Assembly: GCA_965261345.1 (NCBI GenBank)
Contig: OZ253449.1
Coordinates: forward strand, 1,312,001 to 1,376,000
Reading direction: 5' to 3'
Source: Chloroflexota bacterium
Lineage (GTDB): Bacteria; Chloroflexota; UBA11872; VXNJ01
DNA: 64,000 nt
In this document: piece by piece, positions 62,372 through 64,000 of the stretch
Position numbering within the stretch: the first letter of the stretch is position 1
Layout: each line of letters starts with the position of its first letter
Position numbers and translations under genes: made by a program
Notes under the pieces: generated by a model
What the model was told of the DNA's origin: nothing
What the model saw: only the letters and a program-made list of their open reading frames with translations
Databases searched by the model: none

Positions 62372-64000
62372 ATGAAGATCTCAAGACTCACCGTTCAAAA
62401 CTTTAGGTCGCTCAAATACGTCTCTCTCGATTTCGAGCAATACACGTGCCTTGTGGGCCCCAACGGAAGTGGAAAGTCCGCGATCATCAAAGCCCTTAAT
62501 TTATTTTTTCATCAACACCCGGATGGACCGGATTCAAAGCGGCAAATCAATGAGGAAGATTTCTATCAGAAAAGAACGCATAAACCAATCGTCGTGACCA
62601 TCGTTTTCAATGACTTGAGCGATCAAGCTGCAAATGACTTGGCCGATTACGTCCGGCAAAAGGAACTCCACGTTTCGACAAAAGTTGAATTCGATGAAGA
62701 CGCCGGGGTTGCCACCGTTTCGCAGCATGGCATTCGGCTCGGCATCAAGCAATTCGCTGGGTTTTTTGAAGCCAAGAAATCCAAGATGCCTAAAGCCGAA
62801 CTCACGAAGTTGTTCAACTCTTATAAGGCGGTTCATCCCGGTATTGGACGTGGGGGCACGATATCCCAGATGGAGGAATCCGTTCGGGAATTCGAAGAAT
62901 CTCGGTCGGATCTCTGTGAGCCGATTCCCAGTAGCGATCACTTCTACGGGGCCACGCGCGGCAAAAACCTGCTACGGCGCCACGTGCAATGGATATATGT
63001 AGCCGCCGTCAAAGATGCGGCCGCTGAAGAGATAGAAGGTCGTAACACGGCACTCGGCCAGTTGCTTGAGCGCGCAGTGCGTCCCGCAATGGATTTCGGT
63101 GATCAGATTCAGCAACTCCGCGTGGCGGCACGTCAAGGATTTAAGAAATTAATCACCAACCGCCAATCAGATCTAGATGAAATGTCCAATCGCCTGCAAA
63201 GCCGAATGGATACGTGGGGCCACCCTAATTCGTCGGTTCGAGTGACCTGGCAAGACGATGCAAATTCCGTTCACATTGACCCGCCACAAGCCGCAATTAA
63301 GTTGGGCGAAGGCGCATTCGAAGGCAGCGTGAGCAAGTTCGGTCATGGCCTTCAACGTTCATTTCTGTTGGCGATTCTCGACGAGCTAGCGAGTTCTCAT
63401 GAAGACGGGCCAACGCTAATTCTGGCGTGTGAAGAACCCGAGTTATATCAACACCCGCCGCAAGCTAGGCATCTCGCATCAGTACTCCAGCACTTGGCGG
63501 CCAAGAGCGGTCAGGTGATTGTGGCGACCCACAATCCTGTGTTTGTAGTTCCTGAGGATCCCGCTTCCGTACGGCTGTGTCACATTGATCGATCAACGTC
63601 GGCTACCCAAGTTGCCAGTACATCCGCCGCTCAGATCGTGAAATTGCTCGGTGAAGTCTTGGGAAAGGATCCTGATCCCGAGCGAGGCGGCATGGCCAAG
63701 ATTCACGCAGCGCTTCGCGCTTCAATCAGTGAGATCTTTTTCGCCCCTCGAGTAGTGCTGGTAGAGGGATATGAAGACCTTGCGTATTTGGAAACGTATT
63801 TGCACTTGTTGCGATTGAAAGACGAATTCAGGAGTCAAGGTTGCCATATCGTGCCTTGCCAGGGGAAACGTGGAATAATCCGACCGCTCGCAATTTGCAA
63901 GTTGCTCGGCATCCCCGTGAAAGTAATGATTGATTCAGATTCGCAGGAGTCAAGGTCCAATCGCCGCCAGATGCACATTGACGAGAACTTGGCCTTGTTG
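62372..64000 (+). CDS. OLD-family ATP-dependent endonuclease (ABC ATPase + TOPRIM; GajA-like); runs off the window
   Basis: Not in the ORF track because it has no stop. MKISRLTVQNFRS, GPNGSGKS, GHGLQRS, CEEPELYQHPP, ATHNP, VLVEGYED, IDSD. Confidence 0.9.
   Translation, partial: MKISRLTVQNFRSLKYVSLDFEQYTCLVGPNGSGKSAIIKALNLFFHQHPDGPDSKRQINEEDFYQKRTHKPIVVTIVFNDLSDQAANDLADYVRQKELHVSTKVEFDEDAGVATVSQHGIRLGIKQFAGFFEAKKSKMPKAELTKLFNSYKAVHPGIGRGGTISQMEESVREFEESRSDLCEPIPSSDHFYGATRGKNLLRRHVQWIYVAAVKDAAAEEIEGRNTALGQLLERAVRPAMDFGDQIQQLRVAARQGFKKLITNRQSDLDEMSNRLQSRMDTWGHPNSSVRVTWQDDANSVHIDPPQAAIKLGEGAFEGSVSKFGHGLQRSFLLAILDELASSHEDGPTLILACEEPELYQHPPQARHLASVLQHLAAKSGQVIVATHNPVFVVPEDPASVRLCHIDRSTSATQVASTSAAQIVKLLGEVLGKDPDPERGGMAKIHAALRASISEIFFAPRVVLVEGYEDLAYLETYLHLLRLKDEFRSQGCHIVPCQGKRGIIRPLAICKLLGIPVKVMIDSDSQESRSNRRQMHIDENLALL

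Noticed and set aside
1-64000. rRNA, tRNA, CRISPR array, prophage or site-specific recombinase
   Set aside because: None recognised by eye; tRNAscan-SE, Infernal and HMM searches would be needed to exclude small RNAs or divergent recombinases.

Overview
GC-rich bacterial window, probably from a Chloroflexota-like, possibly host-associated organism (inferred from a Spondin/cadherin surface protein with a Chloroflexi-type C-terminal domain, an ankyrin lipoprotein and many sulfatase, SDR and GMC enzymes). Catabolic genes (0-10.6 kb, 35-55.6 kb) alternate with two IS-rich defence islands (11.5-30 kb, 55.8-64 kb). The main finding is a complete single-polypeptide Type ISP restriction-modification gene (16685-21457) facing an inverted, start-less copy of its 3' end (23490-25013). 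The two copies share five near-identical blocks (13, 205, 136, 57 and 722 bp) separated by four strongly divergent segments in the MTase/target-recognition region. This looks like a nested-inversion (shufflon-like) or gene-conversion system that could give up to 16 specificity alleles, and no invertase is visible in the window. The second island holds an SF2 helicase-nuclease, a coupled TIR plus membrane-protein pair, a DGQHR protein with an upstream palindrome and an OLD/GajA-like ATPase-TOPRIM gene. No rRNA, tRNA or CRISPR array was recognised. All family calls come from motif recognition by eye; no database search was run.
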